64,000 bases of DNA from an uncultured Rickettsiales bacterium (lineage in GTDB: Bacteria > Pseudomonadota > Alphaproteobacteria > Rickettsiales > UBA1997). Every line of letters begins with the position of its first letter. The stretch's first letter is position 1. Location: contig CALXVQ010000001.1 of the NCBI GenBank assembly GCA_944392135.1, positions 5,359 to 69,358 on the forward strand. Reading direction: 5' to 3'. The notes below the pieces were generated by a model. It made no database searches, was not told the origin of the DNA, and saw nothing but the letters and a program-made list of their open reading frames with translations. The translations under genes and the position numbers were made by a program. Of the stretch, positions 16,915-26,125 are shown in pieces.

Positions 16915-17637
16915 CTACTGATGAAACTTGCTTAAAAAGTTTTTGATTCTAGGGTTGGCTGTTGGGCCAAAAAATTGGTCGGGGGTACCTTGTTCTATTA
17001 TTTTTCCTTGTTCCATAAAAATTATGTTGGTGGCAACATTTTTCACAAATTCCATTTCGTGGCTTACAATAACACTAGTGATTTGTTTGCTTATATCTTT
17101 AATAACATCTAGAACATCGCCAACCATTTCTGGATCAAGTGCTGATGTGGGTTCGTCAAATAGCATATAAGATGGATTTATTGCTAATGCTCTTGCTATT
17201 GCTATTCTTTGTTTTTGTCCGCCAGATAATTGATATGGTTTGTTATTTGCTTTGTCTTTTAAGCCGAAATTATCAAGTAATTTTAGGGCTTTTGTAATAC
17301 ATTCTTCTTTATTCTTTTTTTGTATTTTTTGTGGTGCTAAAATTATATTTTCTAAAACTGTTAAATTGTTGAATAAATTAAAATTTTGAAATACCATTCC
17401 AACTTTTTGTCTTAAAGTACTTAATGAAGTGGAATCGTTAGTAATTTCTTTTCCATCTATAAATATTTGACCACTTGTTGGTGCATCTAACATGTTAATA
17501 CTTCTTAATAAAGTAGATTTTCCAGAACCAGATGGGCCAATAATGGCAGTTATATCATTTTTGTGAATATTAAGATTAATATTATCTAATACTTTATTTG
17601 TTCCATAAAATTTTGATACATTAACAATTTTTAGCAT
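16915..17637 (-). CDS. polar amino-acid ABC transporter ATP-binding protein (GlnQ/ArtP-like)
   Basis: Walker A GPSGSGKST, signature LSGGQKQRIAIARAL, Walker B MLFDEPTSALD. 240 aa. Confidence 0.9.
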   Translation of the reverse strand: MLKIVNVSKFYGTNKVLDNINLNIHKNDITAIIGPSGSGKSTLLRSINMLDAPTSGQIFIDGKEITNDSTSLSTLRQKVGMVFQNFNLFNNLTVLENIILAPQKIQKKNKEECITKALKLLDNFGLKDKANNKPYQLSGGQKQRIAIARALAINPSYMLFDEPTSALDPEMVGDVLDVIKDISKQITSVIVSHEMEFVKNVATNIIFMEQGKIIEQGTPDQFFGPTANPRIKNFLSKFHQ

Positions 17638-18335
17638 AATTTATCCTCATCAACTTTAAGTTTTTTTGCTACCTTTTTCATAACCATTGTGAAAAATGTG
17701 GTTAATATTAAATATAATGATGCTACGAACATTAAAGGATAAACAGCATTTCCTGTATTTGCTATAATAATATCTCCGGATCTCATTAAATCTATACCAC
17801 CTATAACACAAAGAATTGATGTTTCTTTAATAAGAGATACAAATTCATTAATAAAGGATGGTAAAACATTTTTAAAAGCTTGTGGCAAGATAATATATCT
17901 AAATGTTTGTGAATGATTTAAACCAAGTGATAAGCCAGCTTCCATTTGTCCTTTATCTATTGATCTAATACCACTTTTCATAATTTCCGCCATGTAAGCA
18001 GCACTATTTAAACCAAAAGCTATGCCACCAACTATAATTTTTGAAATAAGTATATCGTCAAAAATAACTATCCAAATAAAAGTTAATTGAACCATTACAG
18101 GGGTTCCTCTAATGAATTCTATATAAAATTTTGAAAAACCATTAAGTATTTTTTGTAAAAATTTTAGTTTTTTAGGTAATACAATTAATTGCATTAAAAC
18201 TAAAATAATCCCCAATAAGAAACCTATTATTAAAGCAATGGTAGTTACAACTAATGTTGTAGCTACCCCTTGTAACATTAATAAATAATATTGTTTTTCA
18301 ATAAAATTTTTTAAAAATATTTCAAACACTTCCAA
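17631..18335 (-). CDS. polar amino-acid ABC transporter permease
   Basis: His/Glu/Gln/Arg-type permease features: IEFIRGTPVMVQL and an EAA-like loop (KGQMEAGLSLGLNHSQTFRYIILPQA). Overlaps the ATPase gene start. Confidence 0.85.
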   Translation of the reverse strand: MEVFEIFLKNFIEKQYYLLMLQGVATTLVVTTIALIIGFLLGIILVLMQLIVLPKKLKFLQKILNGFSKFYIEFIRGTPVMVQLTFIWIVIFDDILISKIIVGGIAFGLNSAAYMAEIMKSGIRSIDKGQMEAGLSLGLNHSQTFRYIILPQAFKNVLPSFINEFVSLIKETSILCVIGGIDLMRSGDIIIANTGNAVYPLMFVASLYLILTTFFTMVMKKVAKKLKVDEDKLC

Positions 18336-18340
18336 ACTAA

Positions 18341-19246
18341 TTATTTATTATCTGTTGTATTCTCAACTTTTACTGTTTGAGCTGTTGTTTCTTCTGTTTC
18401 ATCAGCTTCTTCTGTTTCTTCTGTTCCTTCTACTGTATCAGTATTTTCAGCTTCATCTGTTGTTGCTGTATCTGTTGTTTCAACAGCTTTTTCTGTTGAG
18501 AAATATTTAGCAATAAGTTCTTGTAATTTTCCTGTTTCTTTTAATTCTTTAATTACACCATTTATTTGTTTTAATAATTCTGGGTTGTTTTTATTAACAA
18601 CAATACCAGTTTCAGAAGAAACTAATTTAACACCTTCTAAAATTTGGCAACCATCATTTGTTAATAAAACTTGTTGTGCAACTGGTTTATCTAAAATAAC
18701 AGCATCAACTTTTCCAGCTTTTAAATTCATAACTGCAACAGCACCACTGTTGTATTTTACATTTGTTATAGAATTTAATGAATCTGCATATGTATCTGCT
18801 GTTGTACCAAGTTCTGTACCAACTTTTTTGCCTTGTAAATCTTCAACAGCAGTAATGGTTGTATCGCCTTCTTTTACAACTAAGGATAATTCATTATTGT
18901 AATAGCCATCACTGAAATTAAAAGTTTTCTTTCTTTCTTCTGTAATATCTACACCAGAAATAATTACATCAATTTTATTTGTTGATAAAGCAGCAAATAA
19001 TGTATTAAATTCCATTTCTTCGAGAATAACTTTTTTATTTAATTTTTCACCAATTATATTAGCAAGTTCTACATCTAAACCAGCAGGCTTTCCATTTTCA
19101 TAATATTCAAAAGGCGGAAAATCAACATTAATACCAACTTTTAATGTTTCTGGTTCTTTTTGTTTGTCTTTACATGAAACAAGTGCGAGACAACAAAGCA
19201 CAATAGTGAATAAAGTATATATTTTTTTTAACATAATTCTTACCAT
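18341..19246 (-). CDS. amino-acid ABC transporter substrate-binding lipoprotein with acidic Thr/Glu-rich C-terminal tail
   Basis: Lipobox LALVSC. SBP_bac_3-like core: LKVGINVDFPPFEY...GLDVELANIIG...FNFSDGYY. The last ~50 aa are T/E/D-rich low complexity. The true start is probably the internal MLKKIY. Confidence 0.85.
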   Translation of the reverse strand: MVRIMLKKIYTLFTIVLCCLALVSCKDKQKEPETLKVGINVDFPPFEYYENGKPAGLDVELANIIGEKLNKKVILEEMEFNTLFAALSTNKIDVIISGVDITEERKKTFNFSDGYYNNELSLVVKEGDTTITAVEDLQGKKVGTELGTTADTYADSLNSITNVKYNSGAVAVMNLKAGKVDAVILDKPVAQQVLLTNDGCQILEGVKLVSSETGIVVNKNNPELLKQINGVIKELKETGKLQELIAKYFSTEKAVETTDTATTDEAENTDTVEGTEETEEADETEETTAQTVKVENTTDNK

Positions 19247-19611
19247 TTTTATTAAACATAATAAATATTATTTATTATCTATAAAAAGTCAATAATTTTT
19301 ATTAATAAAAACATATTACAAAATTATAAAAATAATTAATTTTTTATAAAATATAAAAATATATTAATAAATATGAATAATAAATAGTATTTTATCTTAC
19401 AATAAAATATAAAATATATATTATTTTATTCTGTATAATGTTGTAATTACTATTATAAAAATCATTATAGTATTTTTATAAAAATATTTAAGGTAAAATA
19501 TAAATAATTATAAATAAAAAGCTTGACTAATAATATATTTAAAATAATATACATTTACAGTTATATACAAGTTGTATTTGTATATATTTTTAATAAAACT
19601 AGGAGTAAAAA

Positions 19612-20784
19612 ATGAAAAATAAATTTAAAATGCTTTGTTTAGCTGGTTTATTGTCTACAATGTATAGCAATAATCTTCAAGCTGCAACATCATATGATGC
19701 AAAATTACAAGATTTGCAAAAACAAATTAATGAATTAAAGAAAGTAAATAATTCATCTGCTTTATCTTTACTTGATGGTTTAGATATTGGTGGTAGAATT
19801 CATGTTAATGGTACATGGTATGAAGATGGTGGTAGCGATTTATCAGTAAACAGAGCTAGATTAACAGTTAATAAAGTTATGAATAACTGGGAACTTCAAT
19901 TACAAGCTGATTTTGCTAGCAATGGTGTATATTTAGAAGAAAACTATTTAGCTTATCACTTTAATGATAATTCTTCTATAAAAATTGGACAAAGTTTAAT
20001 TCCTGGCTTTTTAGAAAGAGAAAAAACAACTGACGATATGTCAGCAATTTTATGGAATTCAGAAGAAAGATTAGGTTGGATTCCTTCATACTTAATTGGT
20101 GTAAATTATGCTTATAGAAGTGATGATTTAGGTGTTTCCCTTGGTGTTTATGGAAATGGTGTAGATAACGAAGGAAAAGTTGATAATTATGTTAATTACA
20201 ATACAGCAGGTAGAGTTTGGTATTCTCCTATAAATACAGACGAAGCTGTTGTTATGCTTGGTTTAAATAGTATGTATCAATCAATGAAAGGCGAATCATC
20301 AACAGGTGAATATTCATATAGTCAATATGCAGTTAGCAAACAATTCAATTTTGGTATTGAATTATTTTTACAATACAATAGTGTTTATTTAGCTAGTGAA
20401 TATTTAAATGCATCATTTGAATTTGATAATGCACCATCTTCAAGTTATAAAACAACAGATACATTCTCAACAGAGTTTGTATGGAATATTACAGGTGAAA
20501 AAACATATTATGATGGTTGGTATGGTGTTTATGGTGGTGTAGATGTTGCTAACCCTGTTTCAAAAGGCGGACTTGGTGCATTCCAATTCGTTGCTAGATA
20601 TTCATTTGCTGATGGCAAAGATAACTACTTATTAGGAACAGAAGATTATACACTTGGTATTAACTGGTTGCCAGAAAGCAATGTTAAATTCTTATTAGGT
20701 TATTCAAAGATTAAAGACACAGATTATGCTGGCAACGAAGATAAATATGATCTTTATCAAGTTGAAGCAAGATATGCTTTCTAA
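19612..20784 (+). CDS. OprO/OprP-like (phosphate-selective) porin family outer membrane protein
   Basis: Signal peptide ending LQA-A, N-terminal coiled segment, GGRIHVNG...VNRARLTVNKVMNNWELQLQADFA pattern, beta-barrel C-terminal ...VEARYAF. Confidence 0.65.
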   Translation: MKNKFKMLCLAGLLSTMYSNNLQAATSYDAKLQDLQKQINELKKVNNSSALSLLDGLDIGGRIHVNGTWYEDGGSDLSVNRARLTVNKVMNNWELQLQADFASNGVYLEENYLAYHFNDNSSIKIGQSLIPGFLEREKTTDDMSAILWNSEERLGWIPSYLIGVNYAYRSDDLGVSLGVYGNGVDNEGKVDNYVNYNTAGRVWYSPINTDEAVVMLGLNSMYQSMKGESSTGEYSYSQYAVSKQFNFGIELFLQYNSVYLASEYLNASFEFDNAPSSSYKTTDTFSTEFVWNITGEKTYYDGWYGVYGGVDVANPVSKGGLGAFQFVARYSFADGKDNYLLGTEDYTLGINWLPESNVKFLLGYSKIKDTDYAGNEDKYDLYQVEARYAF

Positions 20785-20805
20785 TCAATTGGTCTAGATT
20801 TATAT

Positions 20806-20836
20806 AATGGGTCGTACTATACGACCCATTTCTATA
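20806..20836 (+). terminator. rho-independent terminator after the porin gene
   Basis: AATGGGTCGTA (20806-20816) / TACGACCCATT (20820-20830) 11-bp stem followed by a T-rich tail. Confidence 0.6.
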
Positions 20837-20944
20837 TATAAATTATATTAGTATTTTAATATCTATATTTTTATTTATTATATATTTTTTAGTAATTATT
20901 ATTATAAATTGTTATGCGTTGTAAATAAGTCCTTCAATGATGAG

Positions 20945-21930
20945 TCAAGAATAAACGAGATTGCCATGGCTTTTTCAAAGCCTCGCAATGACGAGTTTGT
21001 GAATATCACCCTTTGCCCCTTCGTCATTGCGAGACTTCGTAGAAGTCGTGGCAATCCATAAACCACTAATAGTCAATACAAAAATAGAAAAGAAAAAGAA
21101 TTCACTATTATTTAATAAACCAAAGAATTAATTTTCAATTTTCAATTTTCAATTTTTAATTTCTTTCTCAACCCCCCTGTTGCTTCGCAACATCCCCCCT
21201 TACAAAGGGAGGCAAGCCCCCATAAATCACCACTCACTGCTCTTCGTCATTGCGAGGAGTGAAACGACGAAGCAATCTACAAACAACCAATAATAAACAC
21301 AAAAACAAAAAAGAAAAAGAAATCACTATTATTTATTAAATTAAAGAATTAATTTTCAATTTTCAATTTTCAATTTCTTATGGATTGCCACGAGTTCTAC
21401 AAACTCTCGCAATGACGGTGTGGGTTGAGTGTGATTGTTGCCATACTGAGATTGCCACGGCTTTTTCAAAGCCTCGCAATGACGGTTCTTTTTTTCGTCA
21501 TTGCGAGCGAAGCGAAGCAATCCATAAATCACAAAAAGTTAATACAAAAACAGAAAAGAAAAAAAGCATTCGCTATTTTTAATCAAGTCAAAGAACTAAT
21601 TTTAAATAAAATATTAATTTTCAATTTTCAATTTTCAATTTTCAATTTCTCTCTCAACCCCCCTGTTGCTTCGCAACTTCCCCCCTTACAAAGGGAGGCA
21701 AGCCCCATAAGCCACCAATAACAAACACAAAAACAGAAAAGAAAAAGAATTCCATGAATGAATAATTATACCCCATACTGAGATTGCCACGAGTTGCAAG
21801 CAACTCTCGCAATGACGAGTTTGTGAATACCACCTCTTGCCCCCTTCGTCATTGCGAGGAGTAAAACGACGAAGCAATCTACAAACAACCAATAATAAAC
21901 ACAAAAACAAAAAAGAAAAAGAATTCACCA
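20945..21930. repeat. intergenic array 3 of hairpin modules, C-rich boxes and heptamer tracts
   Basis: Modules at about 20956, 21023-21057, 21245, 21383-21416, 21438, 21495, 21779 and 21846. C-rich boxes at 21169-21221 and 21655-21706. Confidence 0.9.
21618..21645. repeat. (TTTTCAA)x4 heptamer microsatellite
   Basis: Four perfect tandem TTTTCAA units directly abutting a C-rich box. The same tract occurs with 2-4 units at about 7073, 8795, 21133 and 21349, and inverted at 27892 and 28479. Confidence 0.9.
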
Positions 21931-21997
21931 TAAAAAATAATAATAGTAAATATAAAAATAAAAAATAAAAAGATAAATAATATATAATAAATAAAAT

Positions 21998-22026
21998 TTG
22001 ACAAAAGTAAATAATATTATATATTT
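21998..22026 (+). promoter_or_regulatory. candidate promoter, part of a ~118-bp block duplicated at 23773..23890
   Basis: TTGACA (21998-22003), then 17 nt, then ATATTT. The block is conserved almost base-for-base with the copy upstream of 23840. Confidence 0.4.
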
Positions 22027-22047
22027 ATAAAAAAATTCTATTATAAA

Positions 22048-22740
22048 ATGAAAAAATTATTTATTCTATTTTTATTAGTATCTTTTAATTGTTTTGCAAG
22101 TGATAATATAAATTTCAAAAATTATCTATTGAAAGGTAATTTTAAAAAAGAAATATTTAGGGAGAATTATTTTTGGAGTTGGGATTTTAGAATTTTTGAT
22201 AATAAAATTTTTTTAAATTTCGAAGGAGATATGGGTGATACAGAAGCCCCAGAAGAATTTCCAAATGGTGAATATGAATTACTTACAGAAAATAATTCAA
22301 AAATAAAAGTAAATGTTAAAAATGGAAAAATACAAGAATTTATATTATTAAGTAATGAAGAAAATTTTAAAAAATATGAAGAAAATATTTCAAATGATTA
22401 TTGTAAGATAGCTATATTTTATTCTAATTATGATATTGTATATAGTGATAAAGAACATAAATATTATTATGTTATACCAGAAAATGGTGTAGTTGATTTA
22501 ATGGGATATAAGGAAAAAATAATTTCTTGCATATTTGATTATCATTCTTGTATTGCTATAAATGGAGAGCATAGCTATATTGTTGTAGATGATATAGAAG
22601 GTAATTCAAAAAATTTTACCACGACAGAAAATAATGATAAAATATTAAAAGAAGTAGCTAGTGATTCAAATATTGCACCGGATATTATAATTAATAATTG
22701 TCAAATTACTTATTATAATAAAAAATACTTCCAATTCTAG
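22048..22740 (+). CDS. secreted hypothetical protein (variable cassette A)
   Basis: The signal peptide MKKLFILFLLVSFNCFA is identical to that of 23840..24346. The mature part is unrelated. Confidence 0.6.
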   Translation: MKKLFILFLLVSFNCFASDNINFKNYLLKGNFKKEIFRENYFWSWDFRIFDNKIFLNFEGDMGDTEAPEEFPNGEYELLTENNSKIKVNVKNGKIQEFILLSNEENFKKYEENISNDYCKIAIFYSNYDIVYSDKEHKYYYVIPENGVVDLMGYKEKIISCIFDYHSCIAINGEHSYIVVDDIEGNSKNFTTTENNDKILKEVASDSNIAPDIIINNCQITYYNKKYFQF

Positions 22741-22786
22741 AATATAAATAAAAAATATAAGCAATTAATATTTATATTGTACTTAA

Positions 22787-23467
22787 ATGGTAAAATTTTC
22801 AAAACCCTTAAATCATGAAGATATGAGAATTACTACGGATTTTCATGATCCAAAAAGGCCTAGCCATTCTGGAATAGATTTTGGTAATAATTCGGATGGC
22901 AAGCCAATTTATGCTGTTGCTAATGGTTATGTTATATATTCAAATATAAGTGGTGGGTATGGAAATACTATTGTAATTAAACATAATGATGGCACATCAA
23001 CACTATATGTCCATATGAAAAATATATCTAATTATAAAGTTGGTGATTATGTTAAACAAAGTAGTATAATTGGCTATGTAGGTAATACTGGAAATAGTAG
23101 GGGTTCTCATTTACATTTTGAAAGAATTGATAAAGAAGGAACCGAATCAATAGAAAAATATTCAGATAATGGCAAACTTGGTTTATTTCCTAAGCAAAAC
23201 AGAATAAACCCACATACAATAATTGACAACAAAACTGGCTACTTTATATGGAGAAGTGAAAAAGATAATAATGTATGTAAAGAATGTACTAGTAGAGATG
23301 GAAAAATATTTGAATATGGTAAAGATATAGAACCACCTTTACACCATAATTGTAGATGTTATATTGAAGATATAGATAAGTCATCATATGATTATAATTA
23401 TATATCTACATCAAAGCATTTTGACAAAGCATTAATTGAATTAAAACAAATACTAAATAATAATTAA
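22787..23467 (+). CDS. M23 family metallopeptidase domain fused to a phage MuF/SPP1-gp7-like C-terminal Cys/His motif; no signal peptide
   Basis: M23 motifs HSGIDFG, GYGNTIVIKH, GNTGNSRGSHLHFE. C-terminal VCKECTSRDGKIFEYGKDIEPPLHHNCRCY resembles the D..C..C...G....PP.H.NCRC motif of the Phage_Mu_F family. Confidence 0.72.
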   Translation: MVKFSKPLNHEDMRITTDFHDPKRPSHSGIDFGNNSDGKPIYAVANGYVIYSNISGGYGNTIVIKHNDGTSTLYVHMKNISNYKVGDYVKQSSIIGYVGNTGNSRGSHLHFERIDKEGTESIEKYSDNGKLGLFPKQNRINPHTIIDNKTGYFIWRSEKDNNVCKECTSRDGKIFEYGKDIEPPLHHNCRCYIEDIDKSSYDYNYISTSKHFDKALIELKQILNNN

Positions 23468-23523
23468 AATTTATAATAATATAAAATTATCATTCTACAA
23501 TAATTAAATAATAATTATGATAT

Positions 23524-23712
23524 ATGATATATTATATTTATATGAAAAATAATATTAAAATTACAAAATCTTTTAAAGAATATTTATATCAAAATAATTT
23601 AGGATTTTCAGTAATTGAATTAGCGATGGTATTAATTATTATAAGTTTAATTATAGGTGTGATTATGGATGGGGTAAAACTTGTTGAGAGTGCAAAAATC
23701 ATAAAAGGATAA
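23524..23712 (+). CDS. truncated type IV pilin-like protein (N-terminal helix only)
   Basis: Prepilin-type motif LGFSVIELAMVLIIISLIIGVI. The ORF ends about 35 aa after the cleavage motif. Confidence 0.45.
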   Translation: MIYYIYMKNNIKITKSFKEYLYQNNLGFSVIELAMVLIIISLIIGVIMDGVKLVESAKIIKG

Positions 23713-23789
23713 TATTATAAATATAAAAATAACTTAATACTATTAATAAAAATAATAATAAGATAAAAATTCTATATAATAAATAAAAT

Positions 23790-23818
23790 TTGACAAAAGT
23801 AAATAATATTATACATTT
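23790..23818 (+). promoter_or_regulatory. candidate promoter (second copy of the duplicated block)
   Basis: TTGACA (23790-23795) in the same conserved block as 21998. Confidence 0.4.
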
Positions 23819-23839
23819 ATAAAAAAATTCTATTATAAA

Positions 23840-24346
23840 ATGAAAAAATTGTTTATTCTATTTTTATTAGTATCTTTTAATTGTTTTGCTGATGATGTAA
23901 GGTCTGATTTTTTAGATATAAAAGAAAAAGATAATCTTAATTGTTATGATGTTAAATTCAATTTTGATAATAAAGAATATGAAGATGTGAGAAATAAGAT
24001 TATTAAAATTGAAAATTTAACAGAATATGAAGATAAAAATTATGTTGGTATTGCTTATTATGATCTAAATTCTGATGGTAAAGATGAAATACTTGCAAAA
24101 GTTTGCAATATTATTATGTATGGTTTTAGTGGATGTGTAATTACAGTATATGAAGATTATAATGATAATTATGAACCAATTGGTATAGATGGTAATTTTG
24201 ATTTATGTATTTCTAATAAAAAAACTAATGGTTATTATGATTTATATACAACTGTTAAAAATACTAGCATGGGAGAAAAGAAAAAATATCCAGATGATTT
24301 TTTGAATATTAGATTATTTAAGTATACAGATGGTAAATATATATAA
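23840..24346 (+). CDS. secreted hypothetical protein (variable cassette B)
   Basis: Identical 17-aa signal peptide to cassette A. The mature part contains DLNSDGKDEI (FG-GAP/Ca-binding-like loop). Confidence 0.6.
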   Translation: MKKLFILFLLVSFNCFADDVRSDFLDIKEKDNLNCYDVKFNFDNKEYEDVRNKIIKIENLTEYEDKNYVGIAYYDLNSDGKDEILAKVCNIIMYGFSGCVITVYEDYNDNYEPIGIDGNFDLCISNKKTNGYYDLYTTVKNTSMGEKKKYPDDFLNIRLFKYTDGKYI

Positions 24347-24440
24347 TTTCATACTTCCATAATAAAAATAATATAAGAATATAACAAATATTTAAATATT
24401 ATTTATATATGAAAAGTTATGAACAATTTCTTGATAAATA

Positions 24441-24605
24441 TTTGAATATGGCAAAGATATAGAACCACCTTTACACCATAATTGTAGATGCTATATTGAA
24501 GATATAAATAAGTCATCATATGATTATAATTATATATCTACATCAAAGCATTTTGACAAAGCATTAATTGAATTAAAACAAATATTAGATAATAATATTA
24601 AATAA
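24441..24605 (+). pseudogene. orphan 3' fragment of the M23-MuF gene
   Basis: Encodes FEYGKDIEPPLHHNCRCYIEDINKSSYDYNYISTSKHFDKALIELKQILDNNIK*, about 95% identical at nucleotide level to 23309..23467. An in-frame TAA lies immediately upstream and there is no start codon. Confidence 0.75.
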
Positions 24606-24636
24606 TAAAATTAAAGAAAAACTAAATAAAAAATAA

Positions 24637-24662
24637 AAAAGGCATCAATTTTAATGCCTTTT
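24637..24662. terminator. bidirectional hairpin terminator
   Basis: AAAAGGCAT / ATGCCTTTT stem flanked by an A-run and a T-run, between convergent genes. Confidence 0.6.
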
Positions 24663-24691
24663 TGAACCCATAATTTTTGTATAAGAATATT

Positions 24692-25048
24692 TTATTTCAT
24701 GGTTAATAGAGCTTTTTTTGCACAAAATGCTTTGCAAATATCATCTAATAAAGCTTGCATACCATGTGTAAGTTCTTCTTTTTCGCTAAGTGATTTTACT
24801 GTATCAATAATATCAAGTACTGATTTGGATAAATCGCTATTGATATAAGCAGGATTTAATAAATTATTTGATAATTCGGCTTTTTTATTTAAACCCATAA
24901 AATACATTTCACCAATACAATCTACAAGTTCGTCAATATCTTCTTGCAATCTATCAAATAAAAGATGTTGAGAATAACTTGTAGTTGTCCAGTGATTTAA
25001 TTTACAAGAATATTTAAAGGCCACCAATTTTTGCATTAATTCAAACAT
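24692..25048 (-). CDS. short Dps/ferritin-like four-helix-bundle protein (tentative)
   Basis: KLNHWTTTSYSQHLLFDRLQEDIDELVDCIGE resembles the Dps pattern HW.v.G..F..lH..fee....e.iD.iaE. Only 118 aa. Confidence 0.4.
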   Translation of the reverse strand: MFELMQKLVAFKYSCKLNHWTTTSYSQHLLFDRLQEDIDELVDCIGEMYFMGLNKKAELSNNLLNPAYINSDLSKSVLDIIDTVKSLSEKEELTHGMQALLDDICKAFCAKKALLTMK

Positions 25049-25146
25049 ATGAACTCCTTGTTTTTATTTATAATTAATAATTAAATAACTTATTTTTTTG
25101 CAAATGTCAACTAAATTTTATAATATTTACAATTTATTGAAAAATA

Positions 25147-25797
25147 TTATTTTACTAAATTAATTGTTGCATTAATTGCTTTATAAGCCTCGTCATATAT
25201 CTGTTTTATATTATCAGCAAGCATATAGAATGGTGTTGTAACAATTTTATTTTTTTCATCTATACAAATATCTCCGGTATTTGTATTTTTAAAAGTATTA
25301 CCTAAACCTTGAACTATTTTTGCAATACCTTCATCATTTCCAAGTGTAATTGTGATTCCTTGAAATACTTTTGCTAAAATCATAGGAGCTATACATGTAG
25401 CACAAATTGGTTTATTAGAATTTTTGAATTCTATTAATTTATTTTGTAAATCTGCTTCAACTGTATAATTATTGCTATTTAAACCAAATGTAGAAAGATT
25501 TAATGCTGCACCATAACCGCCAGGCAAAACTATACCATCAAAATCATTTGTATTTATATTTTTTACTTCGTCAATATCACCCCTTGCAATTCTAGCTGAT
25601 TCTACAAGTACATTTCTTTTTTCATTCATTTTTTGCCCAGTAATAAAATTAGCAACAAAAGTTTGATCTTTATTTATTGAAAAACATTGATAATCAGCAC
25701 CTAGCTGTTTAATTGATAATAATAACATTGTAGCTTCATGAATTTCACTTCCATCTTGTGAGCCACAACCACTTAAAATTACTGCAAATTTTTTCAT
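25147..25797 (-). CDS. elbB: ElbB-type DJ-1/PfpI family glyoxalase
   Basis: MKKFAVILSGCGSQDGSEIHEATMLLLSI...LPGGYGAA...ATCIAP is the typical ElbB N-terminus and nucleophile-elbow Cys. Confidence 0.78.
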   Translation of the reverse strand: MKKFAVILSGCGSQDGSEIHEATMLLLSIKQLGADYQCFSINKDQTFVANFITGQKMNEKRNVLVESARIARGDIDEVKNINTNDFDGIVLPGGYGAALNLSTFGLNSNNYTVEADLQNKLIEFKNSNKPICATCIAPMILAKVFQGITITLGNDEGIAKIVQGLGNTFKNTNTGDICIDEKNKIVTTPFYMLADNIKQIYDEAYKAINATINLVK

Positions 25798-25889
25798 AGA
25801 TTACCTTTATTATTAAATTAGTGTGATAATAACAAATTATTTTATATTTTTACAATATTAATTTTAAAATATTTTTTTATATTTATTTC

Positions 25890-25918
25890 TTGCATTTTAA
25901 AAAAAATGTTTTTATAAT
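25890..25918 (+). promoter_or_regulatory. promoter of tRNA-Gly
   Basis: TTGCAT (25890-25895), 17-nt spacer, perfect TATAAT (25913-25918), 9 nt before the tRNA 5' end. Confidence 0.55.
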
Positions 25919-25927
25919 AGACACTAT

Positions 25928-26002
25928 GCGGGTATAGCTCAGTGGTAGAGCACAACCTTGCCAAGGTTGGGGTCGCGAGTTCAAGCCTCGTTGCCCGCTC
26001 CA
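25928..26002 (+). tRNA. tRNA-Gly (anticodon GCC)
   Basis: Hand-folded cloverleaf. Acceptor GCGGGTA/TGCCCGC, D arm GCTC-AGTGGTA-GAGC, anticodon arm CAACC-TTGCCAA-GGTTG, T arm GCGAG-TTCAAGC-CTCGT, encoded CCA. Confidence 0.92.
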
Positions 26003-26125
26003 TTTAAATCAATCGTTAATTTTATTTTTTATTTAGCTAATTTAAGGCTTATGTCTAAATTGTGTCTATAACAATAAAAAAAGAGTAAGAAAATCTTACC
26101 CTTTATGATTATAAATAAAATATTT

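Noticed and set aside
19250-19611. The 360-nt AT-rich gap between the SBP gene and the porin gene as a possible hidden element
   Set aside because: It has no ORF, no repeat module and no convincing structured RNA. It looks like a divergent promoter region of extreme AT content.
21385-21931. ORFs 21385..21582, 21425..21721 and 21686..21931
   Set aside because: Same artefact: mutually overlapping frames across repeat modules and heptamer tracts.
22787-23467. Prophage interpretation because of the MuF/SPP1-gp7-like motif
   Set aside because: Only the short C-terminal Cys/His motif is present. There are no portal, terminase, capsid or integrase genes in the neighbourhood.
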